From an uncultured delta proteobacterium (GTDB lineage Bacteria > Myxococcota > UBA727 > VGSZ01): 64,000 nucleotides of DNA. The stretch lies in assembly GCA_963775425.1 (NCBI GenBank), contig CAVZJB010000006.1, positions 64,001 to 128,000 on the forward strand, in the 5' to 3' direction. The position numbers were made by a program, and so were the translations under genes. Below are positions 41,743-50,337 of the stretch, piece after piece; position 1 is the stretch's first letter; each line of letters starts with the position of its first letter. Below the pieces are notes generated by a model. It saw only the letters and a program-made list of their open reading frames with translations. It was not told the DNA's origin and ran no database searches.

Positions 41743-42191
41743 CAGCGCCTCGGCAGCCCGCCGCGGACAACGAGAGTGCGCTGGGCCTCGAAGCGGACGT
41801 CGTCGGCTCGCTTGCCGGTGCCCACGACGTCGATCACGACGAACCCCATGGGGTTCCCGCTGGCCTGCTGCTCGTACACGTCCCGCAGCGTTGTGGTGAT
41901 TGTGAGCTCGTCGCCGACGCACACCGGCGCGAACATGCTGACGTATTCCTGCGCGTGAAGCACCTGCTTGGGTTTCAGCTCGAGCAGGTCGATGACGTGC
42001 TGGAAGTCGCCGAGGGTGGCGGCGGCGGCGTGCGGGAGCATGAGCCCGGAGAGGCCGGCGGAATGCGCCACCTTCTCGTCCACGGACATCGGGTCGGTGA
42101 CCTCGAGCGCATCCACGAAGCGCTGCACGAGCCCTCGCTCGACCACGATTGTCTTTTGGACCTTTTCGCCAAGATGGGCTTTATGCTTCAT
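41742..42191 (-). CDS. MaoC dehydratase N-terminal-like (HadA-type) partner subunit
   Basis: VERGLVQRF..A...DP, VLHAQE..., PVCVGDEL; 1-nt overlap with the MaoC gene. Confidence 0.8.
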   Translation of the reverse strand: MKHKAHLGEKVQKTIVVERGLVQRFVDALEVTDPMSVDEKVAHSAGLSGLMLPHAAAATLGDFQHVIDLLELKPKQVLHAQEYVSMFAPVCVGDELTITTTLRDVYEQQASGNPMGFVVIDVVGTGKRADDVRFEAQRTLVVRGGLPRR

Positions 42192-42282
42192 CTTTTCAAG
42201 GACCTACGCGACAACGCAAAGCGTCAAAAGTGCCTGTTCCAGCCTCTAACGTGCATCAGACCTGAGCGAAAAGCAAGAAAGA

Positions 42283-43344
42283 TCAATGTTCTTTTGAGCG
42301 GCGGTTCAACAGGAACTTCACCGGGTCTTCGCGCAAGCCCTTCAAAACGGCGTGGAGGTCCGACGCCGCCTCTTCGTCCCAGAAGAGCTTGCCGGCGCCG
42401 CCGCGCTTGTCCTCGACGGCGCCGAGCAGCCTGTCGGCGCGCTTCATCACAGCGTCGAGGGAGCGCATGGCCTGCGTGACGTTCGCGAGGAGCTGCGCCT
42501 GCTTGTGCGGGTCGGCGAGCGCGGGCTGCTTGTCGAGCAGGTCGAGCGCCTTGTCGACGCGGGCGATGGCGTCCTTGCCCTCGGCGAGGAGCGCGGGCAC
42601 CTGATCGGATTCGAGCTTCGCGGTGGCGTCGAGGACGCCGGGCAATCGATCGAACGTCCCGCGCAGCGCGCGCCCGTCGCCGACCCCGACGGCCGCGCCG
42701 TGGACCAGCGCGCGCAGGTCGTCGGTGAAGGCGCGCAGGTCGTCGCCGCCCGGGACGTCGTCGTGCGCGAGCAGCGAATCGAGGCGCCGCATCAACGCCG
42801 ACAGCGAGCGCATGAGCTCGATCGCCTCCTGCGATTTGGGCAGGAGCTCTTCGAATTTGCCGAGCAGTCCCGAGGCTCGGGACAGCAGCAAATCCGGTCG
42901 ATCCTGGGAAATCCCATCGATGCGGGCGCCGTCCGCGAGGCGCGCGCCGCCGGGGACCGGCTCGAGGTCGAGGTAGTGCTCGCCGAGGACGCCGAGGGTG
43001 GTCACGCGGAAGCGCGCGCGGTCGGTGACGACGGGCATCGCGCGCTCCTCGATGCGCGCACGCACGCGCACCATCTTGTCGGGGCCGGCGGCCCGGTCCT
43101 GACCGGCGAGCAGCACGACGTCCTGGACGGCGCCGACCTCCACGCCCGACAGCCGCACCGACGCGCCCGGCTTGATGGGGCCCGCGAAGGCGAAGTCGAC
43201 GTCGATGGTCTCGCCGCGCACGATCTTGAGCGGCCCGGTGACGACGAGGATCGCGACGAGGATCCCCATGGACACCAGGGCGAGGAGCCCCACGCGGAAC
43301 GCGCGCGCCCGGTCCGCCGCTCGCGCCGGCCTCGGCTCCGTCAC
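42283..43344 (-). CDS. mlaD: MCE/MlaD family protein with helical extension
   Basis: N-terminal TM, GASVRLSGVEVGAV, GVLGEHYLDLEP, C-terminal G..GKL..D. Confidence 0.88.
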   Translation of the reverse strand: MTEPRPARAADRARAFRVGLLALVSMGILVAILVVTGPLKIVRGETIDVDFAFAGPIKPGASVRLSGVEVGAVQDVVLLAGQDRAAGPDKMVRVRARIEERAMPVVTDRARFRVTTLGVLGEHYLDLEPVPGGARLADGARIDGISQDRPDLLLSRASGLLGKFEELLPKSQEAIELMRSLSALMRRLDSLLAHDDVPGGDDLRAFTDDLRALVHGAAVGVGDGRALRGTFDRLPGVLDATAKLESDQVPALLAEGKDAIARVDKALDLLDKQPALADPHKQAQLLANVTQAMRSLDAVMKRADRLLGAVEDKRGGAGKLFWDEEAASDLHAVLKGLREDPVKFLLNRRSKEH

Positions 43345-44003
43345 GCGGCCTCCCGGTGGACGCGGCCGCCGTCGACACGCACCACGTCGGGGCGCAGGCG
43401 CAGGAGCGTTCGCGGGCTGTGGGTGATGACGATGAGCGTGGTGCCCGTCAGGGCCGCGAGCGCGTCGTCCACCTGGCGCGCCGCCACGGGATCGAGGCCC
43501 GTGGTGGGCTCGTCGACGACGAGGACGCCGGGCTTCAAGCACAGCGCGCGCGCGAGCGAGACGCGCTTTTGCTGGGCGATCGACAAGGACGCCGGGGCCG
43601 CCCGGCGCACGTCGTCGAGGCCGAGCTCGGAGAGGGCGGCGTCGACGCGGGCCTGCGCTTCGTCGCGGGACACGTCCTGGCGGTCCACGGCGAACGCGAC
43701 GTTCTCCTCGACGTCGAGGGTGTCGAGCAGCGCGGGGTCCTGGTGCACGAAGACGAGCGGCGGCGCGGAGACGTGCACGCGGCCCTTCGCGAGCGGCAAG
43801 AGGCCCGCCGCGGCCTTCATGAGCACGCTCTTGCCCGCGCCCGATCGCCCGACGACGGCGTGCACCCGGTCGCGCGCGAACGACAGCGTGACGTCGTCAA
43901 TGACCACCCGGCCGCCGAGGGCGACCGTGACGCCTTCGAGCGCGAGCGCCGGTGTGTCGTGGGACGCGGCCTCGCCCGCCGCGGGGACGTCCTCGACCGT
44001 CAT
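43341..44003 (-). CDS. ABC ATPase (MlaF-like) A, degenerate signature
   Basis: GRSGAGKS, VHQD, LSIAQ, VVDEPTTGLDP, ITHS. Confidence 0.88.
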   Translation of the reverse strand: MTVEDVPAAGEAASHDTPALALEGVTVALGGRVVIDDVTLSFARDRVHAVVGRSGAGKSVLMKAAAGLLPLAKGRVHVSAPPLVFVHQDPALLDTLDVEENVAFAVDRQDVSRDEAQARVDAALSELGLDDVRRAAPASLSIAQQKRVSLARALCLKPGVLVVDEPTTGLDPVAARQVDDALAALTGTTLIVITHSPRTLLRLRPDVVRVDGGRVHREAA

Positions 44004-44749
44004 ACGGCGCTCCTGCCGACGAACCACGCGACGTCGAACAACACGCTGGCGATGAGGCACGCGACGACGCCGCCGACGACGGCGTTGGTGGCGGCGCGGC
44101 CGACGGCTTCGGCGCCGCCGCGCGCGCGCAGCGCCGTGCGCACGGCCATCACGAACACGAGCGCGCCGTTGACGGCGCACTTGGCGACGAGGAGGCCGAG
44201 GCCCGCGAGCGTGACGGCCTCCGGGTGAAAGAACGTGAACGGGTTCACGCCGCTTCGGCCCCACAGGGTGATCACGCCGGCGATCTCCCAGGAGACGAAG
44301 CCGAGGAGCCCGAGGCCGACGGCGCCGGCGACGAGGGCGGCGCCCATGGGGGCGAGCACGCTGCGCGCGGGGTCGAGCCCGAACAGCGAGAGCGCGTCGA
44401 GCGTGTCCTCGGACTGCAGCGTGGCCACCTCCGCGGCGAAGCCGGCGCCGACGCGCTGCGCGAGGGTGAGCGCGACGATGAGCGGGCCGAACTCCTCGAC
44501 GCCCAGCACGATGTACTCGGGCCCGATGAAGCTCTGGTCGCCGAGCAGCCGCATGGCCTGCCGCGCGGCTTGATCGCCGAGCGCGACGCCGACGGCCGCG
44601 ACGGTGACGGTGACGAGCAGGAGCGACCCGGGCAGCACCTCGTCGAGCCGGCGGAGCAGCGCGCGGCCGTCGAGGCGCCAGGGCGTGAGCGCGAACGTGA
44701 GCGCGCGCGTCGTCGACGCCAGCGCGAGCTGCGGCGCGGCGGCGGTCAT
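44000..44749 (-). CDS. mlaE: MlaE family permease A
   Basis: EFGPLIVAL..A.RVGAGFAAEV......DALSLFGLDP, GGAEAVGRAAT.AVV. Confidence 0.88.
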   Translation of the reverse strand: MTAAAPQLALASTTRALTFALTPWRLDGRALLRRLDEVLPGSLLLVTVTVAAVGVALGDQAARQAMRLLGDQSFIGPEYIVLGVEEFGPLIVALTLAQRVGAGFAAEVATLQSEDTLDALSLFGLDPARSVLAPMGAALVAGAVGLGLLGFVSWEIAGVITLWGRSGVNPFTFFHPEAVTLAGLGLLVAKCAVNGALVFVMAVRTALRARGGAEAVGRAATNAVVGGVVACLIASVLFDVAWFVGRSAV

Positions 44750-45585
44750 GACGCGCCTCCGACGAGGGACAGCGCCGCGTTGAGGACCATGACGCCACAC
44801 AGGGAGAGCACGCTGCCCGCGTAGACGGCGCGGCCGATGGCGCCGGCGGAGCAATCGGCGCTCCTCTCGACCGAGACGCCCGCGTGGCACGACGACAGCC
44901 CGACGACGGCGCCGAAGAGCGTCATGCGCACGAGGCCGTTGGCGAGGGACGCGGGCTCGAGGTACTCGACGAACGACCACCAGCTCGTGGCGATGGATTG
45001 GCCGCCGACGAGGTCGGCGACGACGAAGCCGACGGCGAGCACGACGCTGCACGAGGGCACGTACAAGAGCGCGGACGCGGCGACGGTGGCGACCACGCGC
45101 GGCGCGATGAGCACGCGCTCGGGGTCGAGGCCGAGGGCGCGCACGGCGTCGAGGCGCTCGCGGGCGGCCATCATGGCGACCTCGGCCGTGTTGCGGGCGC
45201 CGGTGCGCGCGGCGAGCCCGACGCCGAGGAGGAGCGGGCCGACGTCGCGGTACGACGACAGCGCGGCCGCCCAACCAAAGACCTCGCCGGCGGCGTACCG
45301 CTTGATGTAGCCGAGGCCCTGCATGGCGACGATGCCGCCGACGGCGGTACAGGCGACGAGCATGAGGGGCAGCGCGTCCCTGAGCAGGCGATCGAGCTGG
45401 CGCAGCGTCTCGCGCCCGTCGACCTTGAGGCGCACCATGCCGTCGACGGTCTGCGCCGCGCGCACGAGGATCGCGCCGAGCTCCTCGATGACGAACATCA
45501 CGCGGAACCCGAGCGCCGTGATCAGCGGCGCGCCCAGCGCCAGGGGCAGCGCGGCCGTCGTCGGAGGGTGCGCACGCCTGATCAC
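44746..45585 (-). CDS. mlaE: MlaE family permease B
   Basis: RDVGPLLLG..LAARTGA..TAEV..M...ERLDAVRALGLDP....APR. Confidence 0.88.
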   Translation of the reverse strand: MIRRAHPPTTAALPLALGAPLITALGFRVMFVIEELGAILVRAAQTVDGMVRLKVDGRETLRQLDRLLRDALPLMLVACTAVGGIVAMQGLGYIKRYAAGEVFGWAAALSSYRDVGPLLLGVGLAARTGARNTAEVAMMAARERLDAVRALGLDPERVLIAPRVVATVAASALLYVPSCSVVLAVGFVVADLVGGQSIATSWWSFVEYLEPASLANGLVRMTLFGAVVGLSSCHAGVSVERSADCSAGAIGRAVYAGSVLSLCGVMVLNAALSLVGGAS

Positions 45586-45619
45586 GCCGCCCTCCGCCGT
45601 CCGGGGGACACCGGTGCCG

Positions 45620-46318
45620 TCACGGGGAGGCCTCGACGGGGGCGAACGCGGCGGTGCGCGCGTCGGCGGCGAGCGCCGCGGGCGTGCCGAGGAAGACCGG
45701 CTTTCCCTCCTCGAGGACGAGGGCCTGCGCGCAGCGCGGGAGCACGACGTCGACGTCCTGGGTGGCGATGACGACGCAGCGCTCGCGCTCGCCTTCGAGG
45801 AGGAGCGCGAGCACCTCGGCGGCGGTGTCGGGGTCGAGGCCGGCGGTGGGGTCGTCCGCGAGGAGCAACGCGGGGGCGACCGCGAGCGCGCGCGCGATGC
45901 CGACGCGCTTCTTCATGCCGCCGGAGAGCTGCCGCGGCAGCTTGTCGGCGTCGGTGCCGAGGCCGACGCGCGCGAGCGCCTCGCGCGCGGCCTCCCGCTC
46001 GGCGACGACGGCGACGTTGCCCAGGGCGGTCTTCGCGTCGTCGAGCGCGTCGCGCTGAAAGACCATCGCCACGCGCCCCGCCGGCGTCGCGAGCGCGCCC
46101 TCGCTCCCGCACAGCCCGGCGAGCGCCGCGAGCAGCAACGACTTGCCGGCGCCCGGCCCGCCGAGGACCGCGAGCGGCGCCCCCGGCTGCACCGTGAACG
46201 ACAGCGGCCCGAGCGCGAGCCCGCCGCGCCCGCGGGCCGACAGCCCGTCGACGACGAGCCGCGCTCCCGCGTCGGCTGCCGCGGTCCCGCGCGCGCCGTC
46301 GTCTGCCTCGCCGGTCAT
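45620..46318 (-). CDS. ABC ATPase (MlaF-like) B, degenerate Walker B and H-loop
   Basis: GGPGAGKS, VFQR, LSGGMKKRVGIARAL, LADDPTAGLDP, ATQD. Confidence 0.88.
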   Translation of the reverse strand: MTGEADDGARGTAAADAGARLVVDGLSARGRGGLALGPLSFTVQPGAPLAVLGGPGAGKSLLLAALAGLCGSEGALATPAGRVAMVFQRDALDDAKTALGNVAVVAEREAAREALARVGLGTDADKLPRQLSGGMKKRVGIARALAVAPALLLADDPTAGLDPDTAAEVLALLLEGERERCVVIATQDVDVVLPRCAQALVLEEGKPVFLGTPAALAADARTAAFAPVEASP

Positions 46319-48096
46319 TGGCCCTCACCGCCGGCGTCGTAGGGCGGGGGCTTGCCCCCCGCGTCGGGCTGGACCAAGCGGCGCCGCCCGCCGGCCGCGA
46401 GGAGGCCCCGCACGGTCAGCTTCGGCAGGCGCCCGCCCGTCAGGTACCAGGCGAAGGCGACGCCGAAGCAGCCGCCGGCGACGACGAAGAGCGCGGCCGC
46501 GATGAGCGGAGCCATCACGAGGGACACGCCGGCGCGGGTGAGGATGTCGAAGCCGCCGAGGATGCAGGCGGCGGCGAGGGCGCCGCCGAAGATGGTCATG
46601 CCCAGGCCGCGCAGCGCGTTTTGCAACCCGTCGAGGTCGGCGCTCTTGACGACGACCTGCACCTGGCCACGCTCGAGATCCATGAGCGCCTGGCCGAGCT
46701 GCAGCGGCACCTCCTGCACGAGGAGCCCGAGCTGCAGCGCGGTGCGCAGCCCGCCGGCCTTCCACTGCCGCGGGTCCACGCGCTCCATGAGGAGCTCTTC
46801 GGCGCGTCGGGTGAGCACCGGGCCGGGGTCGAAGCCCGGATGCAAGGTGCGCACGATGCCTTCGATGGACACGCTCGCCTTCGACAGGATGGCGAACTCG
46901 CGGGGCAGGCGGACGCCGAACCTCGTCGACAGCTCGACGAGGTCGGAGAAGACGCCGGCGGTGCTCACCTCGGACACCGTGAGCCCGAGGTAGCGATCGA
47001 GCAGCCGCGCCACCTGCGTGCGCAGGTGTGCGATCTCGATGCGCTTGTCGCTCTCGCCGATGCGCACGATCAGGCGGGCGAGGGTGTCGGCGTCGCGCAG
47101 CGACAGCGCGAGGAGCACGAGGAGCAGGCGGTCCTGCGTCTCCCGCGACACGCGTCCGACGAGGCCGAAGTCGATGAAGGCGATCTTGCCGTCGTCGGTG
47201 ACGAGGAGGTTCCCGGGGTGGGGATCGCCGTGGAACATGCCGTCGATGAACACGTGCTCGAAGGCCACCTCGACGAGGCGCTCGATGATCGTCTCGGCCT
47301 CGGGGGTGCCCTTCAGCTCCGTGATGCGCCGGCCGTGGATGCGCTCCATCACGAGCACCGTCGCCGACGACAGCTCCGGATACGGCCGCGGCACGTGGAC
47401 CCCGGTGCGCGTCGCGTTGGCGGTGGCGAACGCGCGCAGGTTCCTCAGCTCGGACGTGAAGTCGAGCTCCACGCGCAGCGCCTCCTGGAACTCGCGCACG
47501 AAGTCGGCGGTGTGGTACCGGTGCGCCTCTTCGACGACGCGCTCGAGCAACTGTGCGAGCACCACGAGCATCTCGGCGTCGCGCTTGACCTGCTCCTGGA
47601 TGCCCGGCCGTTGCACCTTGATGACGATGTCGTCGCCGGAGGGGAGCTTGGCGGCGTGCACCTGCGCCATCGACGCCGACGCCAGCGCGGTCTCGTCGAC
47701 GGACGCGAACACCTCGTGCATGGGCCGGCCGAGCGCGCGCTCGACCTGCGCCCGCACGTCGGCGAAGGGAAAGGGCGGCACCTGATCCTGCAGGCGCGAC
47801 AAGGCGGTGATGAAGTCGGCGGGGAGGAGGTCGCCGCGCGTGGACAGGATCTGCCCGAGCTTCACGAACGTGGGCCCGAGGTCCTCGAGCATGGTGGCGA
47901 AGCGCTCCGCCGCCGGCCGCTGGTCGACGCCGCGGCCCGTGTCCCGCACGAAGCGGCGCACGAGCGGGATGGTGCGCATGGACGGCGCAAAGCCGTGCCG
48001 CGCCATCACCGCCGCGATCTCGCGGAGCCGCCCGAGCCGCGACGTCGCATGCTCGAGCGCGCGCTCCTGTGCCTCCGGCCGGGGGTCCGCCGCCAT
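46315..48096 (-). CDS. ABC1/UbiB/AarF family atypical kinase
   Basis: LGPTFVKLGQ, ASASMAQVH, IKVQRP, FHGDPHPGN, IDFG, C-terminal TM pair. Confidence 0.92.
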   Translation of the reverse strand: MAADPRPEAQERALEHATSRLGRLREIAAVMARHGFAPSMRTIPLVRRFVRDTGRGVDQRPAAERFATMLEDLGPTFVKLGQILSTRGDLLPADFITALSRLQDQVPPFPFADVRAQVERALGRPMHEVFASVDETALASASMAQVHAAKLPSGDDIVIKVQRPGIQEQVKRDAEMLVVLAQLLERVVEEAHRYHTADFVREFQEALRVELDFTSELRNLRAFATANATRTGVHVPRPYPELSSATVLVMERIHGRRITELKGTPEAETIIERLVEVAFEHVFIDGMFHGDPHPGNLLVTDDGKIAFIDFGLVGRVSRETQDRLLLVLLALSLRDADTLARLIVRIGESDKRIEIAHLRTQVARLLDRYLGLTVSEVSTAGVFSDLVELSTRFGVRLPREFAILSKASVSIEGIVRTLHPGFDPGPVLTRRAEELLMERVDPRQWKAGGLRTALQLGLLVQEVPLQLGQALMDLERGQVQVVVKSADLDGLQNALRGLGMTIFGGALAAACILGGFDILTRAGVSLVMAPLIAAALFVVAGGCFGVAFAWYLTGGRLPKLTVRGLLAAGGRRRLVQPDAGGKPPPYDAGGEGQ

Positions 48097-48151
48097 GAGC
48101 CCGCACGATCGCAGCCCCCATCATCGCAAGCCAGAAAACGGCGCGAGGGCA

Positions 48152-48305
48152 CGGCGGAGCTGCCGCCGAAGCCGGCGCGCGGGCCCGAGCTGGCAACGCC
48201 GTCGAGCCAAAAAAAGCGCGGCGGAGCTGCCGCCGAAGCCGGCGCGCACGTGAGCTCACGTTGGCGAGCCCGGGGAGCGCGCCGGCTTCGAAGGCAGCTC
48301 CGCCG
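48152..48305. repeat. REP/BIME-like cluster: two direct and one inverted copy of a 29-bp unit
   Basis: CGGCGGAGCTGCCGCCGAAGCCGGCGCGC at 48152-48180 and 48219-48247, and an inverted copy with 2 mismatches at 48277-48305. Confidence 0.8.
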
Positions 48306-48340
48306 CTCCGGGCGCCCGGAGGGCGCGGCTGTTCGCGAGC

Positions 48341-49006
48341 GTGAGCGAGCAAAAACCGCTACGATCCTCGCGCATGAGCGGGCGCACCTACATCGCCATC
48401 GCGGGGAACATCGGCGCCGGCAAGTCCACGCTCGTCGAGTTCCTCTGCCGCACCTACGGCGTTCCGCCGTTCTTCGAGCCCAACGAGGACAACCCCTACC
48501 TCGCCGACTTCTACGAGGACATGAAGGGGTGGGCGTTCCACTCGCAGGTCTTCTTCCTCACGCACAAGTTCCGCATCCACCAGGAGCTCGACAAGACGCC
48601 GGGCATCGTGGTGCAGGACCGGACGATCTACGAGGACGCCGAGGTCTTCGCGCACGCGCTGCACAGGAGCGGCAAGCTCACCGAGCGCGACTGGAAGACG
48701 TACTGCGAGCTGTACGAGACCATCTGCAACGCCATCCAGCCGCCGGACCTGATGGTGTATTTGAAGTGCTCGCTCAAGACCACCAAGCAGCGCATCAAGC
48801 TGCGCGGGCGCGACATGGAGCAGAGCATCCCCACGTCGTACTTGAAGCTCCTTCAGGAGAGCTACGACGCGTGGTTCGCGCGCTGGAAGAAGAGCGAGGT
48901 CCTCGAGATCGACACCGACAAGCTCGACTACGTGAGCGACCTCGTCGATCGCCTCGACGTCCTCGCGCGCCTCGAGCGCTACCTGCCCCGCACCCGCGCG
49001 GCCTGA
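48341..49006 (+). CDS. Deoxynucleoside kinase
   Basis: IAIAGNIGAGKST, NPYLADFY, QDRTIYED, PDLMVYL, RIKLRGR. An alternative start is ATG 48374. Confidence 0.92.
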   Translation: MSEQKPLRSSRMSGRTYIAIAGNIGAGKSTLVEFLCRTYGVPPFFEPNEDNPYLADFYEDMKGWAFHSQVFFLTHKFRIHQELDKTPGIVVQDRTIYEDAEVFAHALHRSGKLTERDWKTYCELYETICNAIQPPDLMVYLKCSLKTTKQRIKLRGRDMEQSIPTSYLKLLQESYDAWFARWKKSEVLEIDTDKLDYVSDLVDRLDVLARLERYLPRTRAA

Positions 49007-49166
49007 ACGAACGCTGCGCGCTCCGTCGCTGCGCGCTCCTACATCGGCGCCGTGGGCGTTGGCGCCGCGGTTGTGTGCGCTCACCCTGAGCGAACGCGCT
49101 GCCACGCCGCCCTCCCGTCGGCCCAGGTCGAGGCGCGAGCGGCATGAGCCGTGCATCAGACGGCGC

Positions 49167-49541
49167 ATGCTCCACCGATTCATCGACGACATCCACACCG
49201 TCTCCGACATGCTCGACGCGACCGCGCCGCGCGAGACCGCGGCGGTGCTGCGCGCGAGCCTCGATGAGCTCGCCGCCGACGTCGCCCACGCGCGCGCCGC
49301 CGGCCCCCTCGACGCGCACATCGTCGACGCGGCCGTGCTCTTCGACGCGGTCCAGGACGTGCGCCGCCTCGCGGGCGTCCTCGATCCCGACCTGCGAGCG
49401 GTGGCCGAGCGCGTCGACCGCCTGCTCAAGGACATCACCGCCGCCGTCGCCGACGACCTCAGCGCGGCCGCCCTCGATGACGCGACCGGCGAGACTCCGG
49501 CCGCGGCGCCGCCGGCTTTTGAGCCCCGCGCGTCTTCTTGA
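49167..49541 (+). CDS. Hypothetical helical protein
   Basis: Coding-like GC3 bias; 3' end overlaps the convergent RluA gene by ~80 nt. Confidence 0.5.
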   Translation: MLHRFIDDIHTVSDMLDATAPRETAAVLRASLDELAADVAHARAAGPLDAHIVDAAVLFDAVQDVRRLAGVLDPDLRAVAERVDRLLKDITAAVADDLSAAALDDATGETPAAAPPAFEPRASS

Positions 49542-50337
49542 CGGCCCCCGCCGCCTTGCCCGGCCCCGCGCGCGGCGCGGCGCGTGTGTCGCTGCGCTTG
49601 AACTTCTCCACGAGCGCCGCGATGGGCGCGGCGTCGATGCCGCGCTCGGCGAGCGCGCGCGAAAACGCCTGGGGCACCGGCGCCGTCACGAACGCGCGGC
49701 CGCCCTGCGGCAAAGGGAACGAGAGGCAGAGCGCGAGGAGGCCGATGCCGGCGGCGTCGGGCCAGCGGGTGGTGGCGCCGTAGGCGACGTCGCCGGCGAT
49801 GGGGTGGCCGACGTGCGCGAGGTGGCAGCGGATCTGGTGCATGCGCCCGGTCTCCGGCCGGCACTCGAGCAGCGCGCCCCCGGCTTCGCCCGCGGCACGC
49901 GCGAGGACGCGGACGCGGGTGAGCGCTCGCACGCCCTGTTCGTCGACGGTCTGGTGCGCGAGCGGCCCCTTCCTGGCGCCGGGGTCGTCGATGCGCGACA
50001 GGCGCGCGTCGATGTCGAGCTTGTCCCACGGGGGCGACCCCTCGACGAGCGCGAGGTAGCGCTTGTCGACGAGGTGCCGGCGGAACGCCTCCGACAACGC
50101 CTGCTGCCCGAACGGCGTCTTGGCCACGACGCAGACGCCGCTGGTGACACGATCGAGGCGGTGAACGGGGCGCGCGGCCGGGGACCGCTCCTGCGCGACG
50201 TCGAGGAGCGTCGGCCGCGGCACGCCACGCCCGGCGACCACCGTCATGCCCGCGGGCTTCACGAACACCGCGTGGTGCGGCCCTTCGTCCACCAGCGTCG
50301 CGCTCGATTTGCGACTGGAGGGAGCGGCCGCGTTCAA
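49459..50337 (-). CDS. RluA family RNA pseudouridine synthase
   Basis: KPAG, VHRLDRVTSG, K.YLALV.G, ETGRMHQIRCH...GHPIAGD..YG. The TTG start is inferred. Confidence 0.9.
   Translation of the reverse strand: MNAAAPSSRKSSATLVDEGPHHAVFVKPAGMTVVAGRGVPRPTLLDVAQERSPAARPVHRLDRVTSGVCVVAKTPFGQQALSEAFRRHLVDKRYLALVEGSPPWDKLDIDARLSRIDDPGARKGPLAHQTVDEQGVRALTRVRVLARAAGEAGGALLECRPETGRMHQIRCHLAHVGHPIAGDVAYGATTRWPDAAGIGLLALCLSFPLPQGGRAFVTAPVPQAFSRALAERGIDAAPIAALVEKFKRSDTRAAPRAGPGKAAGAVKKTRGAQKPAAPRPESRRSRHRGRPR

Noticed and set aside
42170-42310. AT-richer patch as foreign DNA
   Set aside because: Short and intergenic or gene-terminal; best explained as the promoter region of the MaoC pair.
48152-48305. CRISPR array
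   Set aside because: Only two direct copies plus one inverted copy, and no cas genes.
49459-49541. Convergent 3' overlaps (also 10330-10346, 21819-21829) as antisense regulation
   Set aside because: Common in high-GC genomes where stops are rare; no further support.
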